Assembly (NCBI GenBank): GCA_945890885.1
Contig: CAMDDF010000003.1
Coordinates: 1 to 48,168 of the forward strand
Length of the DNA stretch: 48,168 nt
Direction of reading: 5' to 3'
Source: Candidatus Kuenenia stuttgartensis
Lineage (GTDB): Bacteria > Planctomycetota > Phycisphaerae > Sedimentisphaerales > CAMDDF01
The translations under genes and the position numbers were made by a program. Below the pieces are notes generated by a model, which saw only the letters and a program-made list of their open reading frames with translations, ran no database searches and had not been told where the DNA came from. Positions 28,547 to 39,032 of this stretch are shown here, one piece after another; position 1 is the stretch's first letter, and the number at the start of each line of letters is the position of its first letter.

Positions 28547-29935
28547 TTATTCCTTATATGCATCTGCCACAGCTTTTGCAACTTGCTTGTGAATCTCTCT
28601 GTCGAGAATATCAGGCAAAATCATTCCCTCAGGGGTAAGTTCCGCAAGTTTTCTCGCTGCTGCCAGCTGCATATCAATGGTTATATCTTTAGCTTTGACA
28701 TCAAGGGCACCCCTGAATAATCCGGGATACGCAAGAGCATTGTTAATTGTTCTGCCATCTACCGCAACTGCTGCACCTGCACTTAAAGCGTCATCAACAC
28801 TGATCTCGCCCTTGGGGTTGCTCAATGGAAATGCCAGCGAATTTTTAGCCATCACAGAAATCATTTTCTTTGACACCATATCAGGCTGAGCGACACCAAT
28901 AAAAATATCTCTGTCTTTAAAGCCTTCCAGTAAATCGCCTTTTATGTTGCTTTTATTTGTTATCTCCGCAAGTTTGTGCTTGTAGGGATTCATCCGTTCT
29001 GTTCTGCCCTTGTAAATTGCACCGACAGAATCATAAACGACAATATCCTTAAGACCAAATTCAAGGAGCATCATAGTTATCGCATGTCCGGCTGCGCCTG
29101 CACCAAGTATTATCGCGGTACAGTCTTGCGGTTTGCGGTTAGTCCTTTTTAATGCAGTAATCAATGCTGCCAATAAAACCGTTGCTGTGCCGTGCTGGTC
29201 ATCGTGAAAGACAGGAATATTGAGCCTTGCCTGTAATTTTTCTTCCACTTCAAAGCATGTAGGTGCAGAAATATCTTCAAGCTGAATGGCACCGAAACTT
29301 TGTGCGATTCTGCATACTGTTTCCACGATTACGTCAGGGTCTTTTGAATCTATAAGAATAGGGACAGCACTAATGCCTGTAAATTCGGCAAATATAGCAG
29401 CTTTGCCTTCCATAACCGGCAATGATGGTAGAATACCTATATTGCCCAAGCCCAAAACTGCGGTGCCATCGGTTACAATGGCTACTCTGTCGCACAGGCC
29501 TGTCAGTTCCCACGCAGACTCAGGTTCTTCAACTATTTTAGTGCAGATAGACGCTACGCCGGGGGTGTAAATCATTCTAAGGTCAGTAAGATTCGTTATC
29601 GGGACTCTGCTTATCATTTCAATAGCACCGCGACGGTGAATTTCAAGGACATTATCTTTGACGCTTAGAATTTCTATTCCTTCAATTGCCTTGAGCTGAT
29701 CAGTGACTTCATTAAGATGCTTTTTGCTGGTGCAGTAGACCTGGATATCTCTGATTTTGCTGTGGCTTTCGATTCCAACCGTAGTGATATCGCCGACATG
29801 TGCCTGCGCCTTTCCTATTGCCGTGGTAATTTTACCAAGCATTCCCGGCTTATCGGAAATTTTGCATTGCAAGGTATAAATTTCAGAAGCTCGATAACGC
29901 TCCTGCCAGCTTGTTTTATTGATGTCCATTTTCAT
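28547..29935 (-). CDS. NAD(P)-dependent malic enzyme with N-terminal ACT domain
   Basis: DKPGMLG ACT segment; YTPGVA, VTDGTAVLGLG, MEGKA, LEDI, FHDDQHGTA, GAGAAG, INNALAYPG. Confidence 0.92.
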   Translation of the reverse strand: MKMDINKTSWQERYRASEIYTLQCKISDKPGMLGKITTAIGKAQAHVGDITTVGIESHSKIRDIQVYCTSKKHLNEVTDQLKAIEGIEILSVKDNVLEIHRRGAIEMISRVPITNLTDLRMIYTPGVASICTKIVEEPESAWELTGLCDRVAIVTDGTAVLGLGNIGILPSLPVMEGKAAIFAEFTGISAVPILIDSKDPDVIVETVCRIAQSFGAIQLEDISAPTCFEVEEKLQARLNIPVFHDDQHGTATVLLAALITALKRTNRKPQDCTAIILGAGAAGHAITMMLLEFGLKDIVVYDSVGAIYKGRTERMNPYKHKLAEITNKSNIKGDLLEGFKDRDIFIGVAQPDMVSKKMISVMAKNSLAFPLSNPKGEISVDDALSAGAAVAVDGRTINNALAYPGLFRGALDVKAKDITIDMQLAAARKLAELTPEGMILPDILDREIHKQVAKAVADAYKE

Positions 29936-29946
29936 AAATTGTCCTT

Positions 29947-32121
29947 TTAAAGTTTTCTTTTTGCCGCTTTAAATATTGTTTCCTGTATATCATTTAACGA
30001 TGGACTGCAAACCGATTCAAGTTTCTTCGAAACAGGGTTCGGGATATCCAGTCCTGAAATTGTAGTAATCGGCCCGTCCAGATAATCAAAAAATTCAGCC
30101 TGACAATGTTCCGCAATCCTGGAACCAATGGAAAGACCTTTGGGGGCCTGCTCAACAATCACCAGCATTTTCGTCTTCTTAAAAGACTGGCCGATTGTTT
30201 CATAGTCAATATCATAAGGGCTAATCGTACGCAAATCAATCAATTCTACGCTGACACCCTGTTTTTTTAGATTTTCTGCCGCTTTTTGACATTCGTTTAT
30301 CATTTTGGAATAGCTAAGAACCGTTACGTCGCTGCCTTTATTGATAACCTTTGCTTTCCCAAAAGGAACGAAGTAATCCAGATTATCCTTTGGAACATCA
30401 CACTTGGTCGGATAAAGCTCGTGATGCTCAATCACAACAACAGGGTCTTTACTTTGCATGGCGGAATTAAAAAGTCCAATATAATCATAAGCATTGGATG
30501 GAGCAACAATCGTCCAGCCACTGAATAATGAAAAAATACCGACCGGATCCATTGAATGCTGACCGCCATAGCCGCAGCCAATTGCTATTCTCGTTCTGAG
30601 TACAACCGGCATATCGGTTGAGTTGCCATACATGTGACGCAATTTACCAATCTGATTAAAGAGCTGATCGGCAGCTACCAGAGCAAAGTCCGGAAACATA
30701 ATTTCAATAATAGGCTTCAAACCACTCATTGCTGCCCCGCCGCCTAAACCAACAAACCCGGATTCTGAAATAGGGGTATTCAATACCCTGTCCGGATATT
30801 TTGCGGGAAGTCCTTTGGTTGCGCCGTAGGGGCCTCCGCCAAAGTTAGCGATTTCTTCGCCCACAACAAATACACTATTATCTTTTTCCAGCCAGCGGCC
30901 TGTAACCGAAGAGATGGCTTCGACGTATGTCTTTTGCTCAACATCCGAAAAATCTTCCTTCTCGGTGAATTTGACACCATCAAATTCCTTGCCTGAACCT
31001 CGTATGCCTTCCTTAATCGTTGAAACATCCGGCCACAGTTTTTCCTGAACGCACAGTTTATTGTCATTCGTAACAGTACAAAATTTCAATGCAGTATGCA
31101 CCGCATCAATCGCTTTTTGTTTCAACTGCTCGATTTGAGAATCGGATAAGATTTTAAGTTCAACCAACTTTTGCGGAAACATCGCATAGGGGTCGAGACA
31201 TTGCCAGTTCGATTCTTCCTCTTTAACACGATACCCAAAGTTACTACCGGGAATCGGGCCAGCATGATGAAAGAAACGATAGCATTTGGCCTCAATCAAA
31301 GTAGCACCATTGCCTTCGCGAGCAGTCTGGGCAGCTTTCTGCAACCCCAAATGAACCGCAACAGGATCCATGCCGTCAACTATAATTCCTTTAATACCAT
31401 ATGCAATGGCTTTGACCACTAAATCAGGAGTGGCCGTCGAGTTCCTAATTGATGTTGCCACAGCATAGAGATTGTTCTCGATAAAATAAACCGCTGGAAG
31501 TTTCCATATACCTGCCAGATTCAATGCTTCATGGAAGGCTCCCTGATTAACTGCACCATCGCCAAGGAAAGATACTACAATATTATTTGTTTTATTATAT
31601 TTCTCTGCGAATGCCGAACCTGTTGCAAGAGGAACGCCGCCTGCCACAATCGCATTAGTACCAAGAACACCGATCTTTTCATTTCGGAGATGCATCGAGC
31701 CGCCGCGACCGCCGCAGCACCCAATTGAAAGCCCCATGATCTCGCCCATAAGATTGGTTATTTCAACCTGAAGAGGCTGAGAAATCGTATCCTTTAAAAT
31801 ATTAAATCCGTTTTGGCAATGAAAACCAACAGCCTTGGAGAGGTAGTGATGATGCGCCCTGTGAGTCGAAGATACTTTATCGGATTTTTCCAACACCGAC
31901 ATCGCCCCTGCCGCACAAGCCTCATGGCCGATACTGGTATGAACGGGGCCGTGTATACAGCCATCTGCCGATAGTTTCAATAATGTCTGTTCGAATTCTC
32001 TGATGAGAAACAGCTCAAAAGCAATATTGGCCAATTTATCCGGCGATATTTTTTTATAATCGCTGTCTTCTACTATTATCTTTGTCAAATCAAAGTTATT
32101 GTCTAATTTTAAAGTTTTCAT
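29947..32121 (-). CDS. Fused E1alpha/E1beta 2-oxoacid dehydrogenase-type ThDP enzyme
   Basis: GRGGSMH, GDGA..ENN ThDP motif, TPISE, DQLFNQ, GGQHS, IDLRT. Confidence 0.9.
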   Translation of the reverse strand: MKTLKLDNNFDLTKIIVEDSDYKKISPDKLANIAFELFLIREFEQTLLKLSADGCIHGPVHTSIGHEACAAGAMSVLEKSDKVSSTHRAHHHYLSKAVGFHCQNGFNILKDTISQPLQVEITNLMGEIMGLSIGCCGGRGGSMHLRNEKIGVLGTNAIVAGGVPLATGSAFAEKYNKTNNIVVSFLGDGAVNQGAFHEALNLAGIWKLPAVYFIENNLYAVATSIRNSTATPDLVVKAIAYGIKGIIVDGMDPVAVHLGLQKAAQTAREGNGATLIEAKCYRFFHHAGPIPGSNFGYRVKEEESNWQCLDPYAMFPQKLVELKILSDSQIEQLKQKAIDAVHTALKFCTVTNDNKLCVQEKLWPDVSTIKEGIRGSGKEFDGVKFTEKEDFSDVEQKTYVEAISSVTGRWLEKDNSVFVVGEEIANFGGGPYGATKGLPAKYPDRVLNTPISESGFVGLGGGAAMSGLKPIIEIMFPDFALVAADQLFNQIGKLRHMYGNSTDMPVVLRTRIAIGCGYGGQHSMDPVGIFSLFSGWTIVAPSNAYDYIGLFNSAMQSKDPVVVIEHHELYPTKCDVPKDNLDYFVPFGKAKVINKGSDVTVLSYSKMINECQKAAENLKKQGVSVELIDLRTISPYDIDYETIGQSFKKTKMLVIVEQAPKGLSIGSRIAEHCQAEFFDYLDGPITTISGLDIPNPVSKKLESVCSPSLNDIQETIFKAAKRKL

Positions 32122-32126
32122 ATTAC

Positions 32127-33572
32127 CTATCTATATTTAATATATGCCACTTTATGTTCAGTGAAGAACTCTACGCCGGTATGGCCAGCCTCTGGAATAC
32201 CACAGCCCGATAATTTAACGCCGCCAAAACTCAGTTGAGGTTCCTTAACTGCCGTCGGAATATTAACATGAGTAAGGCCTACGTCCGTTTTTTCGACAAA
32301 GGTCAATGCCTTTTGCAGATCATTGGTATAGATGGACGAAGAAAGGCCAAATTTTACATTATTAGCGATATCAACTGCATCATCGAAATCCTTCGCCTTT
32401 ATTACTGAAAGAACCGGGCCGAATATCTCTTCCTGAGCAATAAACATACGCGGTGTTACATTTGTGAAAACAGTAGGCTCAATGAAACATCCGTTTGCTA
32501 AATCTTTATCTTTTATCTGCTTGCCGCCAATTACAAGATTCGCACCTTCAGCTTTGCCCTTTTCGATACAATCAAGAACGTCTTCTAGCTGACTTTTCCC
32601 GCAAACCGGGCCCATCGTTGTCGCAGAATCGGTTCCTTTGCCTACCTTAATCTTTTTAACTCGGTCGAGTACCATTTCTATAAATCTGTCATATACCGGT
32701 TCTTCTACAACGGCTCTGCTAGTAGAGGTACACCATTGGCCAGCACAGGCAAATACTGCCAAAACCGCTGAATCTGCCGCTATTTCAAGGTCAGCATCAG
32801 CTAAAACAACCAGAGGATTTTTGCCGCCCATCTCAAGCTGAGTGCGTGTTAAATTGTCAGCAGCGGCTTTGTTGATACCCATACCAACTTCAGTTGAGCC
32901 GGTAAAGGTTATTGCCTTAATAGCAGGATTTTCAACAAGAGCCTGGCCAATTACAGCACCACTGCCTGTTAAAAAGTTCAATACTCCAGCGGGCAAGCCG
33001 GCATCATCAAAAAGTTTTACAAATGCAGCACCAACACCGGGAGTTAAGTTGGCAGGCTTTAATATACAGGTATTGCCTGTAATCAATGCAGGTGTAACCT
33101 TTCGGCAAGGAACATTAAAAGGAAAATTCCAAGGCGATATGACGGCTACTACGCCAAGCGGAACTCTGATACCGTAAGCCAGCACGCCATCCCTTTCGGA
33201 CGGCATGATCTCACCGCCCAAGCGAATCCCTTCGTTGATCTGATAGTCCATCTCTTTAATGGCGGATGCTATTTCGCCTCTGGATTCGTTTAAAGTCTTA
33301 CCATTTTCAGCGGTTATCACTGCCGCGATTTGTTCGATTCTTTGCTGCATCAACGAAAGGGCCTTGCGAAGATATTCTGCTCTCTGGTAAACCGTCAGTT
33401 TACGCCAGCTCTTAAAAGCCTCTTTCGCTGTCTCTATCGCATGCTGAACATCTGCAACCGTTGACTTAGGCCAAGAACCAGTAATCTGTGTCAAATCCGC
33501 TGGGGCATAATGCTTATATATTGCCTTATCGCTCGCATCAACCCATCTGCCGTTAATAAAATTCTTATTCAT
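32127..33572 (-). CDS. Aldehyde dehydrogenase (semialdehyde dehydrogenase-like)
   Basis: PWNFP, FTGSTEVG, LEMGGKNP, GQWCTS, EEIFGPV. Confidence 0.93.
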   Translation of the reverse strand: MNKNFINGRWVDASDKAIYKHYAPADLTQITGSWPKSTVADVQHAIETAKEAFKSWRKLTVYQRAEYLRKALSLMQQRIEQIAAVITAENGKTLNESRGEIASAIKEMDYQINEGIRLGGEIMPSERDGVLAYGIRVPLGVVAVISPWNFPFNVPCRKVTPALITGNTCILKPANLTPGVGAAFVKLFDDAGLPAGVLNFLTGSGAVIGQALVENPAIKAITFTGSTEVGMGINKAAADNLTRTQLEMGGKNPLVVLADADLEIAADSAVLAVFACAGQWCTSTSRAVVEEPVYDRFIEMVLDRVKKIKVGKGTDSATTMGPVCGKSQLEDVLDCIEKGKAEGANLVIGGKQIKDKDLANGCFIEPTVFTNVTPRMFIAQEEIFGPVLSVIKAKDFDDAVDIANNVKFGLSSSIYTNDLQKALTFVEKTDVGLTHVNIPTAVKEPQLSFGGVKLSGCGIPEAGHTGVEFFTEHKVAYIKYR

Positions 33573-33646
33573 TATAATTTCCTAAAAAATAAGTTCCATT
33601 GTATATATTTTCTCATTATCGCAGAAAATCTATTGACTTTTAGTCG

Positions 33647-33658
33647 ATTGTCGACAAT
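33647..33658. promoter_or_regulatory. GntR/FCD operator candidate
   Basis: Perfect palindrome ATTGTCGACAAT, just downstream of a TTGACT hexamer, between the divergent ALDH and regulator genes. Confidence 0.6.
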
Positions 33659-33698
33659 AATTATAGCATCTTTTCTCATGATAACAAGGACATTTTTT

Positions 33699-34361
33699 AT
33701 GAAATTAAACAAAATAAAAATACACAACAGCCTTTCCGAAAAAGTCTATGAAGAAATTTATAGACAAATCAGTCTTGGCAAATTGCAGCCAGGGCAGAAA
33801 ATCACCGAAAGCCAGATCTCGCAGGCTATGGGCATTAGCCGGGCACCGGTCAGGGAGGCATTCAAGCAGCTTGCCGATGATAAGTTGATTACGCTTGTTC
33901 CTCGAAGCGGATGCTATGTATCTAAAATTTCCAGTTCCGAAATCAGCGAAATCTATGAAATACGCAAACTTCTGGAATGTATGGCTCTTGAACACGCTTT
34001 TGATAAGCTGAATTTAAAACAAATCGCGGAATTAAAAAATAAATTCCAGGAATGTCTCGACGACGAAGAAGATGTTCTAATCAAAAAAACTATTGTACTC
34101 GATAACCAGTTCCATTGTATCATCAGCAAAGCATCTGAATGCCAAAATTTAAGTGAAATTCTTGAAAAATTCCGTGCAAGAATCCAATTACTTCGAATTA
34201 GAAAATCCAACGTAAAAGGCCATGCCAAAAATGCAATTGCTGAACATTTAGGAATAATAAACAGTATTCTTGATCGCAAAAAACAAGATGCGATAAATCT
34301 TCTTACGCAGCACATTGAAAACACAAAAATCGACCTTCTCAGAATACTTGAATCAGAATAA
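33699..34361 (+). CDS. GntR family regulator (FCD domain)
   Basis: Likely start MKLNK with AAGGA RBS (track begins at 33510); ISRAPVREA, D.QFH, EH. Confidence 0.9.
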   Translation: MKLNKIKIHNSLSEKVYEEIYRQISLGKLQPGQKITESQISQAMGISRAPVREAFKQLADDKLITLVPRSGCYVSKISSSEISEIYEIRKLLECMALEHAFDKLNLKQIAELKNKFQECLDDEEDVLIKKTIVLDNQFHCIISKASECQNLSEILEKFRARIQLLRIRKSNVKGHAKNAIAEHLGIINSILDRKKQDAINLLTQHIENTKIDLLRILESE

Positions 34362-34435
34362 AATTGAGCCCTCATACGAATGCAGGCCAGAAAATTATCT
34401 TGATATTTTAAATTTTGACGTTATTGTCAGATGAT

Positions 34436-35128
34436 ATGATGAATAGCACAATTAACAAACAGACCCTCAGCGAAATTGTCGTTTCAAAGATAAAAAAACA
34501 TATTATTGACAACGACTTAAAGGCCGGCGACCGCCTCCCAACCGAGCAAGAAATGGCGGATAGTTTTGGTGTGAGTAGATTAAGTGTTCGCGAGGCAACA
34601 ACAACACTTAGTTATTTGGGAATTATTGATTCTGCTCCGCGAAGAGGATTAACTGTTGGTAAATTTGATCTTGACAGATTAAAGGAATTTTTGGGATTTC
34701 ATTTTGCCCTCAATGATTATCCGAGGGAAAAATTGCTTTATACGCGAGTTGTAATTGAAGTAGGTATTCTGGGTTATAGCTCAAAGGCAATCATCGCAGA
34801 CAAGGGAGTGTATTATAAGCTTGATGAGATATGTAACGAAATAGATAAATATGATAGCCTTGATAGTTATATTCATTGGGATATTGAGTTTCATAGTATG
34901 CTGGTTAAGGTAGCTGGTATTGAACCTTTAGTAATGTTTAATGATCTGCTTCAGACTTTTTTCAGAAAATTTAGACTTGAGATATCCAGTATCGGAAAAT
35001 ATCGGGATAAGGGCCACAATGTTCACCGAGAAATACTGGAGTCTTTGCGTTGTGGCAATGTTGATCAGGCAGAAAATTTACTTCGAGAGCATTTGGGATG
35101 TTACAAAGAAAAAATTCAAAATAGTTAA
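34436..35128 (+). CDS. FadR-type GntR regulator
   Basis: GDRLPTEQEMA..GVSRLSVREA; DIEFH; start position uncertain. Confidence 0.88.
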   Translation: MMNSTINKQTLSEIVVSKIKKHIIDNDLKAGDRLPTEQEMADSFGVSRLSVREATTTLSYLGIIDSAPRRGLTVGKFDLDRLKEFLGFHFALNDYPREKLLYTRVVIEVGILGYSSKAIIADKGVYYKLDEICNEIDKYDSLDSYIHWDIEFHSMLVKVAGIEPLVMFNDLLQTFFRKFRLEISSIGKYRDKGHNVHREILESLRCGNVDQAENLLREHLGCYKEKIQNS

Positions 35129-35148
35129 CTTTTTGTATGGGAAGTACT

Positions 35149-35982
35149 ATGAGTGAAAAAAAGATGCAGGGTAAACACGTGCTTGTTACGGGTTCCGGAA
35201 CAGGTATCGGCAGAGAGATAGCATTGGAATTTGCCAGACAAGGTGCCGACGTGGCATTTCACTATAGCCGCAGTTCAGGTGGAGCTGAATCAGGGGTATT
35301 GCAGGTATGTAAAATGGGTAGAAGAGCAGAGGCTTTTCAAGCGGATTTAGGCAATCTTGATGAAGTGATTGGTTTGGCAGAAAATGCTATCAATTTCCTG
35401 GGTGGCATTGATGTCCTTGTCAATAATGCCGGTATTACATTTAATAAGCCATTTTTGAAGGTAACCCCTGAAGAGTATACCAAAGTTTATAATGTAAATA
35501 TGCGAGCTCAATATTTTTTAACACAAAAGGTGTCTCAACATATCATTGATAATAATGGCAGAGGTGCTGTTTGTAATATTACTTCAATTCATGGTGTATC
35601 AGGTGCCCCAGAGCATTCGGTATACGCAGGAACGAAAGGTGCTATTATTTCTTATACCCGTTCTCTTGCAATCGAGCTTGCACATAAAGGCATTCGCGTT
35701 AATGCCATTGCGCCTGGATGTGTGCCGGTAGAGAATTATCAAAATGCAATCCCCGGTTATTCGGATCAGGCTCAGGCTGATTTTGCCAGAGATAACATTC
35801 CTTTAGGACGTTATGGTTTAACGCTGGAAATCGCAAAGTTAGCAGTTTTTCTGTGTTCAGATGATTGCGGCTTTATAGTTGGCCAAACGATTGTCGCTGA
35901 TGGTGGTACAACTTCGTTGATGTCATTAATAAGAGATTTCCGCAACGAGTCTGACGTAACATTCGGTAAAGGATATCTTTAA
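35149..35982 (+). CDS. SDR family oxidoreductase
   Basis: TGSGTGIG, NNAG, YAGTK. Confidence 0.92.
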   Translation: MSEKKMQGKHVLVTGSGTGIGREIALEFARQGADVAFHYSRSSGGAESGVLQVCKMGRRAEAFQADLGNLDEVIGLAENAINFLGGIDVLVNNAGITFNKPFLKVTPEEYTKVYNVNMRAQYFLTQKVSQHIIDNNGRGAVCNITSIHGVSGAPEHSVYAGTKGAIISYTRSLAIELAHKGIRVNAIAPGCVPVENYQNAIPGYSDQAQADFARDNIPLGRYGLTLEIAKLAVFLCSDDCGFIVGQTIVADGGTTSLMSLIRDFRNESDVTFGKGYL

Positions 35983-36018
35983 AATGATACAAATTGTTTA
36001 ATTTGAAAGTGATTAAAA

Positions 36019-36444
36019 ATGTCAAAAGGTAAAGTTGTAAAAGTAAGCAAAGTAATGCCGTTTTCACCATTACCAAACGGCGAATATATTTCAAGAATGC
36101 TGATTGATGTGTTTAACAGCGGTTCCGATAGATTGCAGGTTAATCACGGTGTATTGAAAGGCGGAGGCTCGTTTGCAGACGCAGTTCATGAGGCCCCAAA
36201 TGACGAGATGTACATTGTCCTAAGCGGCGCAGCAGTTCTTACACTGGATGGAGTTAAATATGATATCGAAAAAGGCAGTGTGGTATTTATTCCTGGTGGT
36301 ACATCGCATGGTTTAGTAAATAAAAGCAAGACCGAAGATTTTGAGCTTATAACAGTTTGGCCTGGTCAACCCACCCCGGGAGCCAATAAAGTATATGATA
36401 TGCGTAAAGAAGCATGGGGAACAACTTACAGAGAAGTAGAATAA
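36019..36444 (+). CDS. Cupin domain protein
   Basis: H...NDEMYIVLSG and VFIPGGTSHG cupin motifs. Confidence 0.88.
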   Translation: MSKGKVVKVSKVMPFSPLPNGEYISRMLIDVFNSGSDRLQVNHGVLKGGGSFADAVHEAPNDEMYIVLSGAAVLTLDGVKYDIEKGSVVFIPGGTSHGLVNKSKTEDFELITVWPGQPTPGANKVYDMRKEAWGTTYREVE

Positions 36445-36485
36445 CCATATAGAAATCAAAAAATGTGGATTTTTACGAGATAAAG

Positions 36486-37292
36486 ATGAGCAAAAATCTG
36501 TTTGATCTTACAGGAAAAGTAGCCATTGTAACCGGTGCAAGTCGTGGGCTGGGGCAATCTTTTGCTCGTGCTGTCGCTGTCGCCGGAGCAGATTTAGTTG
36601 TAACTGCAAGAGACCTCGAATCGCTTAAAGAATTTCAAAAGGAAATCGAGTTACTTGGCAGAAAGGTATTGCCGTTAGCTTTGGACGTGCGTGAGCATAA
36701 CAGCATAGAGAAAATGGTTGACGAAGCTTATAGACATTACGGTAAGATTGACATTCTTGTTAATAATGCCGGCTGCAATATTCGTAAGCCTGCGGTCGAT
36801 ATCACATGGGACGACTGGAATCTGGTGCTTGATACAAACCTGCGAGGTGCGTTTTTTGTTGCACAGGCAGTAGCAAAAAAAATGATACCCAAACATTACG
36901 GCCGGATTATCAATATTGGTTCAGCAACCTGCGTCTTTGGGTATGCCGGAATAGCCCCGTACTGCGCCAGCCGCGGTGGAATCAAACAACTTACAATGAG
37001 CCTTGCCGATGATTGGGGTACTTATGGCATCACGGTAAATTGTCTGGCACCTGGCTGGTTCAAGACTGACCAGACAAAGGCGCTTTGGGAAAATAAAGAA
37101 TGGATGGACTATATCACAAGCCGCCTGCCTCTTAGAAGGCTTGGTGAAGCCGCAGACCTAGATGGTACAGTTGTTTTTCTTGCTTCCGATGCCAGTGGGT
37201 ATATTACCGGCCAAACGTTACTGGTAGATGGAGGATTTACTACCGGAGCAACGAAAGCAAATATTAAGAAGGCGATCGCTAATGTTGAATAA
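36486..37292 (+). CDS. SDR oxidoreductase (gluconate 5-dehydrogenase/KduD-like)
   Basis: LFDLTGKVAIVTGASRGLG, NNAG; YCASR in place of YxxxK. Confidence 0.88.
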   Translation: MSKNLFDLTGKVAIVTGASRGLGQSFARAVAVAGADLVVTARDLESLKEFQKEIELLGRKVLPLALDVREHNSIEKMVDEAYRHYGKIDILVNNAGCNIRKPAVDITWDDWNLVLDTNLRGAFFVAQAVAKKMIPKHYGRIINIGSATCVFGYAGIAPYCASRGGIKQLTMSLADDWGTYGITVNCLAPGWFKTDQTKALWENKEWMDYITSRLPLRRLGEAADLDGTVVFLASDASGYITGQTLLVDGGFTTGATKANIKKAIANVE

Positions 37293-38280
37293 ATACAAAG
37301 TTGTACTAGTTGATTATGATGATGATCTGTTCAGTCCTTTGGGATGGGAGGGAGATATACTTTCCAGTATAGGCGCTGCCTTTCATGTTGGACAATATCG
37401 CACTACTGAAGATGTACTTCGAGTAACAGAAGATGCCGATGTAGTAATGATTCAGTCGGTACGGCCCCTTCTTAACGGCGAGGTGATCCGAAAGATGAAG
37501 CAATGTCGCTGCATTATCAGGCTTGGCATCGGTTACGACAGCGTCGATGTTAAGGCCGCAACTAACTGTAATATAATCGTCTGCAATATACCTCTGTATT
37601 GCGTCGATGATGTTGCCGAGCATGCCTTGGCGCTTTTGCTGGATGGCGCACGACACATCAGTTTGCAGGACCGAATGATTCGTGCCAGTCAGTGGGACAG
37701 ACGCAAAGCGCGTCCGTCGCGGAGATTAAGAAGTTCAACCTTGGGTATAGTTTCTATGGGAAGGATTGCACAACGTCTTGCACAATGTGCAAAAGGTCTT
37801 TTCGCTAATGTATTGGGATTTGACCCTTATGTAAATTCGGCGACAATGGCTAAACTGGGCGTTGAGAAGGTTGAGTTGAACGAATTGCTTAGCCGCAGTG
37901 ATTTTATTTCTGTTCACACGCCATTGACAGACTCGACGCATCATTTGCTAGGCCGACATGAGTTTGAAATAATTAAACAAGGTGCAGTTCTGGTCAATAC
38001 CAGTCGCGGCGGTGTGATCGATACTCAAGCTTTGGTCAAGGCGATGCAAAGCCAGAAGCTTTGGGCCGCTGGACTTGACGTTATGGAACAAGAGCCGCTC
38101 CCACAGGATTCGCCCCTTAGGCAGTTGCCCAATGTTTCCTTTACGCCACATGTTGGAGCATGCACAGATGAAAGCGTAGCTGATCTATATCGGGCAGCAT
38201 GTGAAATTGCCTGTGATGTTTTGTGCGGCAAAACCCCGGCTTCCATAGCGAATCCGGAAGTAATAAAGAAAAAGAAATAA
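37282..38280 (+). CDS. D-isomer-specific 2-hydroxyacid dehydrogenase
   Basis: GIGYDSVD, SVHTPLT, NTSRGG, LDVMEQEP, TPHVG. Confidence 0.92.
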   Translation: MLNKYKVVLVDYDDDLFSPLGWEGDILSSIGAAFHVGQYRTTEDVLRVTEDADVVMIQSVRPLLNGEVIRKMKQCRCIIRLGIGYDSVDVKAATNCNIIVCNIPLYCVDDVAEHALALLLDGARHISLQDRMIRASQWDRRKARPSRRLRSSTLGIVSMGRIAQRLAQCAKGLFANVLGFDPYVNSATMAKLGVEKVELNELLSRSDFISVHTPLTDSTHHLLGRHEFEIIKQGAVLVNTSRGGVIDTQALVKAMQSQKLWAAGLDVMEQEPLPQDSPLRQLPNVSFTPHVGACTDESVADLYRAACEIACDVLCGKTPASIANPEVIKKKK

Positions 38281-38301
38281 TTTTTAAGGATAGAAGCGAT
38301 T

Positions 38302-38976
38302 ATGGCAAGATTCAAACGATTACAAGTTTTGAACACGATGATCGAAACTGGCATGATCCCTGTGTTCTATCATCCTAATATCGAGACAGCAAAGAATATT
38401 GTTCGGGCATGTACCGAAGGCGGAGCTAAGGCAATAGAATTTACCAACCGCGGCGATCAGGCTCATCTGGTATTCACAGAATTGGTCAAGCATTTTGCGG
38501 TTGAAATGCCCCATGTTATTTTGGGCGTAGGTTCAATTGTTGATGCTGCTACGGCTGGTCTGTATATCTCGTGCGGCGCTAATTTTGTGGTTGGTCCTGT
38601 TTTGAACAGCGATGTAGCTAAAATATGCAATCGGCGAAAAATTTCATACAGCCCTGGTTGCGGCAGTGCTTCTGAGATATCAGCGGCCGAAGAACTTGGC
38701 GTTGAAATATGCAAAATATTTCCAGGTTCTCAAGTTGGCGGGCCTGATTTTGTCAAGTCGGTGCTTGGCCCTTGCCCATGGGCAAGCATAATGCCGACAG
38801 GCGGAGTTGACGCCACCCGCGAAAGCATAGAAGCGTGGTTTAAATCTGGCGTTGTATGTGTTGGAATGGGCTCAAACCTGATAACCAAAGAATCGGTAGA
38901 TAAGGCTGATTTCAAGGTCATCTCACAAAAGGTCGTCCAGGTGCTGGAGTGGATCAGGCAAGTTCGCGTAAAATGA
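38302..38976 (+). CDS. eda: KDPG/KHG aldolase
   Basis: IEFTNR, GVGSI, KIFPG, MPTGGV, GMGSNL. Confidence 0.9.
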   Translation: MARFKRLQVLNTMIETGMIPVFYHPNIETAKNIVRACTEGGAKAIEFTNRGDQAHLVFTELVKHFAVEMPHVILGVGSIVDAATAGLYISCGANFVVGPVLNSDVAKICNRRKISYSPGCGSASEISAAEELGVEICKIFPGSQVGGPDFVKSVLGPCPWASIMPTGGVDATRESIEAWFKSGVVCVGMGSNLITKESVDKADFKVISQKVVQVLEWIRQVRVK

Positions 38977-39032
38977 AGCGGTAACTGATTAATTGAATAA
39001 TCATTATCGGGAAGAATTATAAAGGTAAAGAA

